Shown: positions 55,551 to 64,000 of the stretch, piece after piece
How positions within the stretch are numbered: the stretch's first letter is position 1
Layout: each line of letters starts with the position of its first letter
IMG/VR virus record: IMGVR_UViG_3300037156_000269
Coordinates: 96,626-160,625 of that record
DNA: 64,000 nucleotides
Direction: 5' to 3' (one strand)
From: a virus
Taxonomy: Duplodnaviria > Heunggongvirae > Uroviricota > Caudoviricetes
Position numbers and translations under genes: made by a program
Notes under the pieces: model-generated
Told to the model about the DNA's origin: nothing
What the model saw: only the letters and a program-made list of their open reading frames with translations
Database searches by the model: none

Positions 55551-55816
55551 CTGTACCCCATATCTTTAAATCTGTTGTATCGGCCGGTTGCTCTAGTTTT
55601 GTGTTTATTCTTTGGAACTTTTATATGTTTCGCTAGCTTGTCTAGAGAGAAGTCCAGAGCCTGCGAAAGTTTTGCAGCGTTCTCAAAGCTCGGGTGAGAT
55701 TTCTCCGTCTCATACTGACTGAGCATCGGGTTCGAGATACCGGTCAGGTCCGCCAGCTCTCTCAAAGTCAATCTCTCATTAGATCTACGCGCAGCGATCA
55801 TTTCTCCTATTGTCAT
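55547..55816 (-). CDS. XRE-family HTH regulator
   Basis: LTLRELADLTGISNPMLSQYETEKSHPS. Confidence 0.6.
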   Translation of the reverse strand: MTIGEMIAARRSNERLTLRELADLTGISNPMLSQYETEKSHPSFENAAKLSQALDFSLDKLAKHIKVPKNKHKTRATGRYNRFKDMGYR

Positions 55817-55889
55817 TTATATCTCCAGTCTTTTGTTTATAAAACAAAAGAGGTGGTGAGGCAACACCCCACCACCTCTTTCACAAATC

Positions 55890-56690
55890 TTATTGCACTG
55901 TTTCTTCGGTCCCGTACAAGACCCTTTGGAAAACTCCGTTGAGTTTATCGAGGCGGGCGATCTTGGCGCTCAGCTGCACTTTGGGCAGACGGTGCGTGAT
56001 GACGTTAGTGTAGTTGTTGAAGTAATCCCATGGACTTGTGAGAACCGTTGGCTCAAGGAGCTCTCTATGCTTCACGAGAAGCTTCTCGCCGACAATCTTC
56101 GTCTCAATGGCCTGGTGAAGGATGGAGTCGCGCTCTTCCGCCGTGAGCTTAGCGCCTGCCCACTCATTCCAAGACTCGCCGCCTCGCTTAAAGATGCCGA
56201 GGATCTTCTCCGGATCCGGCAGCTCAAGGATGTCGATACCGGAGGTGTGTCTGAAACTCAGATCAAGACTGCCACCAGGAGCTGTCATGCCATTGAGGCA
56301 ACGAAGCACCATAGCGCAAATCTTGATGCGCAGGGAGCTGCAGCCGTCGTAGCTGTTCATGATATTGAGTCGGAAATGCACAACATCATTCACTTTTGGG
56401 GTTTTCACGGTGATCGAGTTATTCTTAAAAGTGCACTCGCGAACAAAGCGCGCGCCACCTTTTTCAAGGTAGTTCTTTACTTTGTAGTCACCAAAGGTTT
56501 GTAAAAACTTGTCAGTCTTTTCAACCGCTTGCCCGTGAGTAAATAGGTGATATTTGTCGCTCACGACTTTGAGCGGGGCGCCGGTATCGGTCCTAACAAT
56601 GCACCTTGCATTCGGGACGGTTTCTCCACCGATAACTGCGACGGACTTTAAGGCTACGGGGAACTCATACGCTTCCATTTGTGTCTCCAA
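55890..56690 (-). CDS. hypothetical protein (possibly DUF932-like phage/plasmid family)
   Basis: 266 aa; KVVSDKYHLFTHGQAVE segment is reminiscent of DUF932; weak. Confidence 0.4.
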   Translation of the reverse strand: METQMEAYEFPVALKSVAVIGGETVPNARCIVRTDTGAPLKVVSDKYHLFTHGQAVEKTDKFLQTFGDYKVKNYLEKGGARFVRECTFKNNSITVKTPKVNDVVHFRLNIMNSYDGCSSLRIKICAMVLRCLNGMTAPGGSLDLSFRHTSGIDILELPDPEKILGIFKRGGESWNEWAGAKLTAEERDSILHQAIETKIVGEKLLVKHRELLEPTVLTSPWDYFNNYTNVITHRLPKVQLSAKIARLDKLNGVFQRVLYGTEETVQ

Positions 56691-57069
56691 TGTGTTTGTT
56701 TCGTTTCTTCAGTGATTCTTCCAGGGACTTGCGGATCAAGCCCATTGCATTTTCAAACTTGTCTTCTGTGTCGTACGCTTCCAGTAAGAGCCTGTTGCAG
56801 GCGGCATAGATGTTCTCTACGACCCCCTCAGGTTCAGAGGCTTCCACTGCCCGTGCAAATAAATCGGCCGCCTCAACCAGGTTCGCGTGAAAAATTTCAA
56901 CTGCCACAAAAACTCCTAACTTTAATAAAAGAGGCCGTCCTATTAAAGACGGCCTCAAGGGACCTACACTGCCGCGAGAGTAACCGCTTGTCGGTGCGTG
57001 ACGGTAGGGTTTGTCTTTGGCAGGTAGCCAACTCCAAACTCTGTCTCGTTCACCCCAACTTTGATCCAC
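56665..57069 (-). CDS. hypothetical protein
   Basis: 134-aa ORF. Confidence 0.35.
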   Translation of the reverse strand: MDQSWGERDRVWSWLPAKDKPYRHAPTSGYSRGSVGPLRPSLIGRPLLLKLGVFVAVEIFHANLVEAADLFARAVEASEPEGVVENIYAACNRLLLEAYDTEDKFENAMGLIRKSLEESLKKRNKHIGDTNGSV

Positions 57070-57237
57070 GGGCCTCCAGAGCTGCTTCCGTAGTCCACAT
57101 AGAACTGAATCTTGTGCGGGCTATGGATACGTCTTTCAACCACGCTAAACGTCGTCATGACGCCGTTACTAGGATGCTTCTTTTCTACTGTTGTTTTGGA
57201 CATAGATCCTCCTGTCAAACTTATGACAGAATCTACA

Positions 57238-57432
57238 TCATTTTTGCCTGCCCCGTCGGTAGGGGTATTTGGCGCTAAGGCCGTACTTTTTGATCCAGTT
57301 GCGCACTGTTCTAACAGAAACCCCAAGAACTTCAGCTGCTTTGGTGCGGTTGCCGTCGCAGCCAGCCAAGGCGTGCTCGGTCGAGCGCTTCTGCATTTGG
57401 GCTATTTTTAAAATAGGACGATCCTCTGTCAT
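57238..57432 (-). CDS. Fis-family HTH DNA-binding protein
   Basis: GNRTKAAEVLGVSVRTVRNWIKKYGL. Confidence 0.5.
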   Translation of the reverse strand: MTEDRPILKIAQMQKRSTEHALAGCDGNRTKAAEVLGVSVRTVRNWIKKYGLSAKYPYRRGRQK

Positions 57433-57473
57433 AGGGACAGAGGATAATAGGAAAATTTTTCCCCGTCAATCGC

Positions 57474-57698
57474 TTAAAGACGTATAGAGGTTTTGAGCTG
57501 GATAACTTCAGAAACCTTATAGACCCGCACGACACTAACAGCACCAACTTCATTTACGAATTTGGCGGCCTCAGGTCGCGTCGGGAATTCTCCAAGCTTA
57601 ATGCCCTCATCGGTGTCGTAAGCAACGACGAAGACATAAGGGGTTTTTGTTTTCTTTGGCACAACAGCTGCGGCGGATCCAAAAGCTTCACTGCTCAC
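57474..57698 (-). CDS. hypothetical protein
   Basis: 74 aa; conserved start context. Confidence 0.4.
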   Translation of the reverse strand: MSSEAFGSAAAVVPKKTKTPYVFVVAYDTDEGIKLGEFPTRPEAAKFVNEVGAVSVVRVYKVSEVIQLKTSIRL

Positions 57699-57728
57699 AA
57701 TAAATCTCCTTTGATTTGGCCTGAGTTC

Positions 57729-60700
57729 TTACAGCTCGGGCTCATCATCGGAAACTACTTTAAGATGCCCCTGATTACCACCACTTTCTCTACGAACTTT
57801 TGACTTTGCATCGGCTACTGGAATCTCAAAGCCGAGGGATTCACACTTGACGGGCCAGACCCGGACAACGCTTTTGTTTGGAGACCGGATCTGGACGGAA
57901 TACCGCCCGTCTTCGACGTCCATGGAGTCCACACCAAGGTGGCCCTCTTCAAAGAGCTGCCGCGCAACGTGACTCACGACTTGTGAGCTTGCGGTGTTCT
58001 TTTTCATCATATCCGAAACGAGCCCGTGGGCAATTTGCGGATAAATGTAAATAACGTCTGGTGTCTTCTCTCGCCAGAACCCGATCGGTTTGCACCCCGA
58101 ATTCCGCTCGATAAGCATCGTGTCTCTCCAGCCAGCAATTTCGTAATGGGCCGCGTCTTGGATAAGCTCTTTGAGAGCTCCCAAAAACACCGTAGCGCCA
58201 GTAGCGTTGTTAACTGACTTAAGGACCTTGCCTCGGATTCCAACCAGATTCCCGTTGTGCGTGCGACAGAGCTCGTCCCTTTGCACTTCCGGGATCGCTC
58301 CGCGGGCAACCAGCATATCCATACAAAGCCTGAAGGCCAGCATGTTAAGGGCCAAATTTTCGCAGATACGGTTCGGGCTGACTTTCCTGTGGGTTTTAGC
58401 CACAGGGTTGTAGAACCCTTGGTAGTACTCGTCCCAAAGAGTTTTGATTTCCTCTTTTGGTAGCCCGAGACAAAACTGAATAAAATAGGGAGTAAACCCA
58501 TTGTACTCAGTCCTGCGCATTTTCACGCGTCCACCGGTTTCCAGATTTTCCTTAAACGGAACATCCACCAACAAAAGACGAGAAATAGCGCTCGACTCGT
58601 TCTCAACAATGTCCTCGCCAGTCACGCACAAAAGTCCACGGACTCGGTCCACTTTCTTGCGCTGCACACCATTTCTATCTAGTGCTGGCCGCCCACCGCG
58701 GTCATAGGTCACTTGGATAAGGCCCGGCATCTCAGTACCCCACTGATCGACAAGCTTGCGCTTGTAGTCATCAATGAGCATGAAAGCGTGCCTGCAGTTG
58801 TACCCGTTTGCGAGTTTTGACTTCGCCGTGCCGCTTGCACTCTGGACCATCTTGAAGACACCAAAGAAGTTTTGAGCCGCTTCGGCAACAAACGTCTTTC
58901 CTCCGGAGAAGGACCCACCAAGCCAAAGAACAGGGCTTTTGTTGAACCCCGTTGCAACCTCGACTTGCGGCAGGATAACGGATGCCATCGCGTGCGCAAA
59001 AGTCGTCATGGTCAAGACAGCGTTGTTACACGTGAAGTAGTCCGCCACGATATGCTGTGCGAGGTCTTTGAACTCCTCCTCGTCGAGAATCTTGAAATCA
59101 AGACTCTTTGAGAAGTCATCAGCAAAGACTTCCACACCGAACTCCTCGTTTGGTCGGATAGACTCTTTATCTATCATAACCGAGGGCATGATATAGACGT
59201 CTTGCCCCTTAAGAGTGTGGTGTCCGATCTGGCGAGAGACTTTCTTGTGAACGATCTGCTCTTGCGAAAACCCGTTGATGCAGTTTCGGATATGATCGTA
59301 AGCAGGCCGGTTGTATTGAAGCTTCGACCCCGCGAGCTGAGTGAGCGTTCTGAAGAACGTGTCAGACGACCCGGTCCATTCGCGGTAGTTCACGTCAAAA
59401 GGAATTTTCTCGTTTCCGACGTAAATTGTGCCACGAAAGCCCCTGTCCTCAGCCGACTCTGCGTTGTTTAAGTCTGCGCCATCTGCCGCCCTAAGAAGTG
59501 TAAGCTCTTCATGAATCAGGATGTGGAAGTTCGTGATGATCTCTTCTTGTTTGATTCCGTTATTATCGCGCCATGTTCTGACGTAACAATTGTTCTGCAA
59601 GAAAAACTCATTACCTCCAACAGACTTAAAGCTCCGGCCTGTCTTGCGACGGGTCTGATCCTTAGTTTCTGCCTGCTCCTTCTTGAACTCTTTCTCATGC
59701 GCTTTCATCTCGCTGACCTTCATCCATTTATTGGATGTGATATGCGATTCTATGCGCTTGTAGTCCTCAGCCCCTAGCCGCTTCGCACAGCGAAGAAGCG
59801 CCTTGATGCGTTCCTCTGGGTTGTCCGGAAGATAGTCCTTCACGTCAGCGTCTTTAGCCTCGCCAGCTTTAGCTGTCTTTGACCGCGCTTTCAGTGCCTT
59901 GAAGATGTGCGAGAGTCTTCCGATGATGTCGTCAGCACTTAAGTGCCGATCTTCGGCAAAGCGAATAGGACTTGGATCTGGCCACAGATCTTCCGAAAGC
60001 CCCTCTGGATTTATCTTTCTGACGCCCTCTTCGTACACAACAGGAGCAAGCCTCTTTAGACAGTGATCGTCATATTTAGGGTGCAGCCCTTTTGTGCACG
60101 CGTGATTGAACTGCATTGTTTTACAGGACATTGGCGCATAGCCGGCGGCGATAGCAAAGTCGATCTTCTTAGCGGTCTCTGCGTCGTTCCAGCGCTTTTT
60201 TACGATGTCGATGCCATTCTTAGTGTTAACCGCTAACTGGATACTGGAGTAGTAATTCTCCTGTGGGATCTTCCCATCTCTATCAGGATACAAACTATCA
60301 TAAGCAAACTTACCAGTCTCATCCTTAGCCCAATATTGCTGCATTGCTGGGCACCCCTCGACGATGCTCCAGAAATCACCAAACTGTTTAATGGCGAGCT
60401 TGCCTTCGTCCTTCCCCTCGGCCTTGCGCGCCTTTTGACGGTTCTGGCTGGCTGGAGCTTGCAGAATCTCTACATTTTGTACCTGTAATACATTTCGGAA
60501 GTCGGCTGGCAAAATGAGCTGAGTTGACTCCAGATAATCCCACTGTTTGTCTAGCGGAAGCGGAGCTTCAAAGTCATCCATCCAGCAGTTGCGTCCTTCG
60601 CGCATTTTCATGTCGTTCATCGGCACCTTGATCCCATTGCCGGTGCCGTTGACATCGTACGAGCGTTGCTTTGGAAAGACCTCGGGCATACCCGCTTCAG

Positions 60701-61259
60701 GTGTGACCTGATACCTGTGGAAGAATCCGAGCTCCTCAAATAGATGCCTGATGTAGCTGGTGAATTCCGTCGGTACAATAAAGTCGCTAAAGAACCAGTA
60801 AATGTGATAGCCCTTGCTGGTGCTTTTCGCGATGTAGCACGGAACACCGAAACTTAAGCTCAGATCGCGCATGTTCTTAGCATCTTCGAAAACGGTTCCG
60901 CGATCAAAGTCTACAACTCCGAAGCGGATACCTTCTTCGCGCATCATGAGCAGAATAATTTCCTGCTCACCTGACAAGTGCTTCCAGATTTCTTTGTCTG
61001 TAAGTTCTGTGTAGTCGCGGTGGCTGCACTCACCGCAGCTGCCTCTCGGTTTTTGCATGAGAAGACAAATCTCTGGTGGCTTACCGTAGTTCGAGCACGC
61101 AGGCATACCCCACTTCTTCTCCACCCAGGTCTCTTCTCCGGTAACCTTATCTACTTCTTTTACTCTGATAGGATAGCTGACCAGAAACCGGTCCTGTCTT
61201 GCGACGAACCGGGATCTGAACAAATCGACCTTTTTCTTCCATGGGTCTATAGTCGTCAT
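57729..61259 (-). CDS. bifunctional primase-polymerase / D5-like SF3 helicase (replicative primase-helicase)
   Basis: N-terminal Cys cluster and prim-pol-like SKGYHIYWFF block; central D5_N-like region; C-terminal Walker A GGSFSGGKT of SF3 helicases; 1176 aa uninterrupted. Confidence 0.8.
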   Translation of the reverse strand: MTTIDPWKKKVDLFRSRFVARQDRFLVSYPIRVKEVDKVTGEETWVEKKWGMPACSNYGKPPEICLLMQKPRGSCGECSHRDYTELTDKEIWKHLSGEQEIILLMMREEGIRFGVVDFDRGTVFEDAKNMRDLSLSFGVPCYIAKSTSKGYHIYWFFSDFIVPTEFTSYIRHLFEELGFFHRYQVTPEAGMPEVFPKQRSYDVNGTGNGIKVPMNDMKMREGRNCWMDDFEAPLPLDKQWDYLESTQLILPADFRNVLQVQNVEILQAPASQNRQKARKAEGKDEGKLAIKQFGDFWSIVEGCPAMQQYWAKDETGKFAYDSLYPDRDGKIPQENYYSSIQLAVNTKNGIDIVKKRWNDAETAKKIDFAIAAGYAPMSCKTMQFNHACTKGLHPKYDDHCLKRLAPVVYEEGVRKINPEGLSEDLWPDPSPIRFAEDRHLSADDIIGRLSHIFKALKARSKTAKAGEAKDADVKDYLPDNPEERIKALLRCAKRLGAEDYKRIESHITSNKWMKVSEMKAHEKEFKKEQAETKDQTRRKTGRSFKSVGGNEFFLQNNCYVRTWRDNNGIKQEEIITNFHILIHEELTLLRAADGADLNNAESAEDRGFRGTIYVGNEKIPFDVNYREWTGSSDTFFRTLTQLAGSKLQYNRPAYDHIRNCINGFSQEQIVHKKVSRQIGHHTLKGQDVYIMPSVMIDKESIRPNEEFGVEVFADDFSKSLDFKILDEEEFKDLAQHIVADYFTCNNAVLTMTTFAHAMASVILPQVEVATGFNKSPVLWLGGSFSGGKTFVAEAAQNFFGVFKMVQSASGTAKSKLANGYNCRHAFMLIDDYKRKLVDQWGTEMPGLIQVTYDRGGRPALDRNGVQRKKVDRVRGLLCVTGEDIVENESSAISRLLLVDVPFKENLETGGRVKMRRTEYNGFTPYFIQFCLGLPKEEIKTLWDEYYQGFYNPVAKTHRKVSPNRICENLALNMLAFRLCMDMLVARGAIPEVQRDELCRTHNGNLVGIRGKVLKSVNNATGATVFLGALKELIQDAAHYEIAGWRDTMLIERNSGCKPIGFWREKTPDVIYIYPQIAHGLVSDMMKKNTASSQVVSHVARQLFEEGHLGVDSMDVEDGRYSVQIRSPNKSVVRVWPVKCESLGFEIPVADAKSKVRRESGGNQGHLKVVSDDEPEL

Positions 61260-61298
61260 AGGCGGGCCTTTCTAAAATGTATGTCCTTGGCAAATCTC

Positions 61299-63434
61299 TC
61301 ATACCCGAGATTCGCCTCTTTTGATCAGCCTCTCGGCCATCTCGACCGCCACGTCGCCCACACTGCTTGCAGAATCGAATAGAATGTCCCTTCCTTGGGC
61401 TTTGAACCCGAGGACATCCATCAAGTCATGGTCTACAGTAGTGCTTCCGTCGGAAAGGGATGCCAGGCTGTGAATAACAAAGATGCTACTCTTTTGCCCA
61501 AGGCGTTCGATTCGCTTGGCGGTCTGATAATAGTATTCAAAATTGTAATCAAGCGAAAGGAAAAGAAGATAACTGGCCGCAGTCAGGGTGATCCCGTGCG
61601 CCGCAGCTTGTGGTTGTAACACCATAATCTTTATTTTGTCCGTCGTTTGAAAATCCCGAATGTTTTCATTACGCTTGTGAACCGGCTCATCTCCAAAAAT
61701 TGCTGCGACACCTAGATGTTTGTACCTGTCTAAAAGCGTGTAAATTTCTTGTTTGAACTGACACGCAATGACAAGCTTCTCGTCACCAAGTTCATCGATA
61801 AACCCGTCTAGATCTTCAAGCTTAGGGTTGACATCGAAAACTCCTTTAGTACTTTCTTCGCCGACAATGTAGCCAGAGGTGATTTGTCTCAGCTTCATCA
61901 TCTTCGAGAGAACGTTCACGGCCTCAGACCTGATGTTGTTCCTGGTCGCTGGGTCCATGAACTCCGTCAGCAGTTGCTCTTCCATCTCCAGATACGCACG
62001 CTCCTGCTCTCCCGTCATGCGCACGTTGCGCCTCATGTCGGTGCGCGGAGGGAGGTCAATACAGTCGCGTTGTTTAAGGAAGATAGACGAGCGTTTTACT
62101 TTGGCAATAAGACGATCGCGATCTTGTGCGGACCTGACGACCCACTTCACTTGACCTGGACCGCCCATCTGCACGGGCAAGAAGTACTCAGCGTGAAAGT
62201 CAGCCACAGATCCTTCGAGCGTCAGCCCTCGGTCGAGAAAGTAAAACTGTGCCCACAGATCATCAAACCCATTTGGGTTCGGTGTTCCTGTGAGGACGTT
62301 TCGCCTTTTCGCTTTCCAGCTGATGTCGATGTGAGCTTGCGTGACGCTCGATCTTGCGTTTTTGATCTTGGTCGACTCGTCCACAATGACCCAGGCAAAG
62401 TTATGGGCTTTGAGCTGCTCCTGATAGGATTTCACCCCATCGTGGTTGATGAGAAAGAGATCGTAAGAAGGATTGTTTAGCATGGAGAGCACGCGATTCA
62501 CTTTCGTATTCTCTTTAATAGCGGTTTTTCCGATAACAGTACCGAAAGGCCTGCTTTCGCCATTGAGATTATACGAGTAGCTGATGCCAGCCTTGTACTT
62601 GATCCAGTTCGCCTCGTCTGCGCGCTCGAGCGCCGTGAGTTTCGGAAGAACGGCACCTGTGACTTGGTTTTTCCACAGAACCTGATTCTTCTTTTTCACA
62701 CTCACAGAGTCCGCAGGCTTCACGCCGTAGTTGTGAATTATTTCCGCTTCGCCGAGGATGTCTTTGTTGCTGATCTTGGACCAGAGGATTCCAGCCTTGA
62801 GATGCGTAAACTTCGCGATGTCATCCATCCAGCTCGTTTCCAAAATGGAAAGTGGAGCGGAGATGAGGACCTTACCACGCATAATGTCGCCCTTAGCCAG
62901 CTGTAATTCGACAGCTCTGGCGGCGCTGCCGGTCTTCCCAACTCCGCAGTCTGCATATACGCCACTGTAGCAGGTTTCCTGCATTACACCAACAATTTTT
63001 GTTTGGTGACTGTAGGGTATAAATTTGCCATTTGGTTCAATTGGAATGCTGTCTTTTGACATGACTTCAGCGAGCTTTACTGCGTGTCGATTATACTCGA
63101 CCAGCTTCTGCCTCTCCTGATCCATAAAAAAGGACCCGCCTTTTACGACGGGTTTCTTGGCTCCAGTGAACACGGTGTAAATTCGGTTTAGATTGGCAGC
63201 ACTTCTGGTGTACTCAAACACACCAGGAATGTCGGACTTGGCCGAGCCTGTGATCCTGGCCGCGATCGGCCAGTCGGCAGGGTCAGAGACGTAGAGCGTG
63301 ATGCCTTTGGCATCGATTTTGATTTCGTTCATCAGAACTTCCAATCTGCTTGTGTGCGGATTTCTTTTTCTTCCCAACACCCTCCGTTGAGCCATAGAGT
63401 GTACTCGTACACAACGGCATAGCGTTCTAGCCAT
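61299..63434 (-). CDS. SNF2-family (SF2) helicase
   Basis: Motif I ADCGVGKTGSA, motif II VIVDESTKIKN (DExH-box, SNF2-like DEAHRIKN), conserved C-terminal helicase lobe. Confidence 0.8.
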   Translation of the reverse strand: MARTLCRCVRVHSMAQRRVLGRKRNPHTSRLEVLMNEIKIDAKGITLYVSDPADWPIAARITGSAKSDIPGVFEYTRSAANLNRIYTVFTGAKKPVVKGGSFFMDQERQKLVEYNRHAVKLAEVMSKDSIPIEPNGKFIPYSHQTKIVGVMQETCYSGVYADCGVGKTGSAARAVELQLAKGDIMRGKVLISAPLSILETSWMDDIAKFTHLKAGILWSKISNKDILGEAEIIHNYGVKPADSVSVKKKNQVLWKNQVTGAVLPKLTALERADEANWIKYKAGISYSYNLNGESRPFGTVIGKTAIKENTKVNRVLSMLNNPSYDLFLINHDGVKSYQEQLKAHNFAWVIVDESTKIKNARSSVTQAHIDISWKAKRRNVLTGTPNPNGFDDLWAQFYFLDRGLTLEGSVADFHAEYFLPVQMGGPGQVKWVVRSAQDRDRLIAKVKRSSIFLKQRDCIDLPPRTDMRRNVRMTGEQERAYLEMEEQLLTEFMDPATRNNIRSEAVNVLSKMMKLRQITSGYIVGEESTKGVFDVNPKLEDLDGFIDELGDEKLVIACQFKQEIYTLLDRYKHLGVAAIFGDEPVHKRNENIRDFQTTDKIKIMVLQPQAAAHGITLTAASYLLFLSLDYNFEYYYQTAKRIERLGQKSSIFVIHSLASLSDGSTTVDHDLMDVLGFKAQGRDILFDSASSVGDVAVEMAERLIKRGESRV

Positions 63435-63532
63435 ATCGTTAAATTACCCACGTCAGCCGGCCACCACGCAAAACGGATCACTGTCTTCTTATCTCCGACC
63501 TTTGGCGCGCTTTTCTTAGTCCATCTCACAAG

Positions 63533-63913
63533 TTACTCCCATCCTGGCGGCAACGGCGGCACTGCGCCACCGACCAGCATTCGTTGTTGCGGAAACCTTG
63601 TTACGTTGTTGGGGAGAAGCTCCGCGTGTTTAGGATTAAACTCACAAATGACTTTCTCGCACGCCCCACATCGCTTCTGATCTCCGGTCTGTCTGATCCT
63701 CTGGTCCTCGGTCTGATACCTGCACCGGTTGCACCACTGCTCAACACGCAAAGTGCCGTTTTGTTTTGGTGCCTCAACCTGCTTCATGCAGTAATCGACG
63801 GGATAGCTTCCTCCGCAGTTGTCGCATACGTTCGCGTCTTCTCGCTCGTCTACTGCGACAGATTCTTGCGGCACGGCCTGAACCCCGCGCCAGATCCAGC
63901 CCTCGATCCTCAT
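63533..63913 (-). CDS. Cys-rich zinc-binding protein
   Basis: CDNCGG ... C ... CNRCRY ... CGACE Cys pairs; immediately upstream of the SNF2 helicase. Confidence 0.4.
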   Translation of the reverse strand: MRIEGWIWRGVQAVPQESVAVDEREDANVCDNCGGSYPVDYCMKQVEAPKQNGTLRVEQWCNRCRYQTEDQRIRQTGDQKRCGACEKVICEFNPKHAELLPNNVTRFPQQRMLVGGAVPPLPPGWE

Positions 63914-64000
63914 AAGATCGGTGGACTTTATCCTCTTATCTTCTTGTCCAGAAAATCCAGCTTTGAAGTAAGTCTGAAGAATCGATGCGGGCTTTGCTTT

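Noticed and set aside
57729-63434. Genome-wide TAG reassignment implied by the CUA tRNA
   Set aside because: The 1176-, 711- and 585-aa ORFs are uninterrupted under the standard code. Wholesale recoding is therefore not evident in this window, although stage-specific read-through elsewhere is not excluded.

Overview
This 64-kb window reads as part of a large, probably jumbo-size tailed-phage or phage-like genome. It covers an early, replication and accessory region; no capsid or terminase genes are present.

Nearly all genes are short and tightly packed on the minus strand. Many share a conserved start region, AAGGAGATTTATG. A single plus-strand block at 41.0-47.0 kb interrupts this.

Recognisable content:
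- A primase-polymerase/SF3 helicase (57.7-61.3 kb), an SNF2-family helicase (61.3-63.4 kb) and an SbcC/Rad50-like ATPase (22.5-24.3 kb).
- A C5 DNA methyltransferase, an HNH endonuclease and an HU-like protein.
- Several XRE- and Fis-type HTH regulators.
- An adenylosuccinate-synthetase homologue with an altered GTP-specificity motif, which is a PurZ (2-aminoadenine pathway) candidate.
- An OB-fold + HD-domain hydrolase and a calcineurin-like phosphoesterase.

An RNA cluster stands out: a bona fide tmRNA with a G3.U70 acceptor pair and a tag ORF ending in AA-stop, five tRNAs (Asn, two Ser, two Leu), and a separate tRNA whose anticodon loop reads CUA (amber-suppressor candidate). A PTH2-like peptidyl-tRNA hydrolase sits directly beside the CUA tRNA.

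There is a set of eukaryote-like or host-interaction domains:
- A SET-domain methyltransferase.
- A J-domain protein and a VWA protein.
- A Cys-based tyrosine/dual-specificity phosphatase and a papain-like C1 peptidase.
- A fatty-acid-hydroxylase-family enzyme.
- An SPFH/band-7 lipoprotein and a CxxCH cytochrome-c-like protein.
- A secreted Ser/Gly-rich low-complexity protein.

A putative glycan/envelope-modification module (38.3-47.0 kb) carries two to three glycosyltransferases, an LpxA-like hexapeptide acyltransferase and two HExxH metallopeptidases.

Several exact short DNA repeats mark gene starts, and a roughly 600-bp palindrome-rich intergenic region (37.1-37.7 kb) looks like an operator or origin hub.
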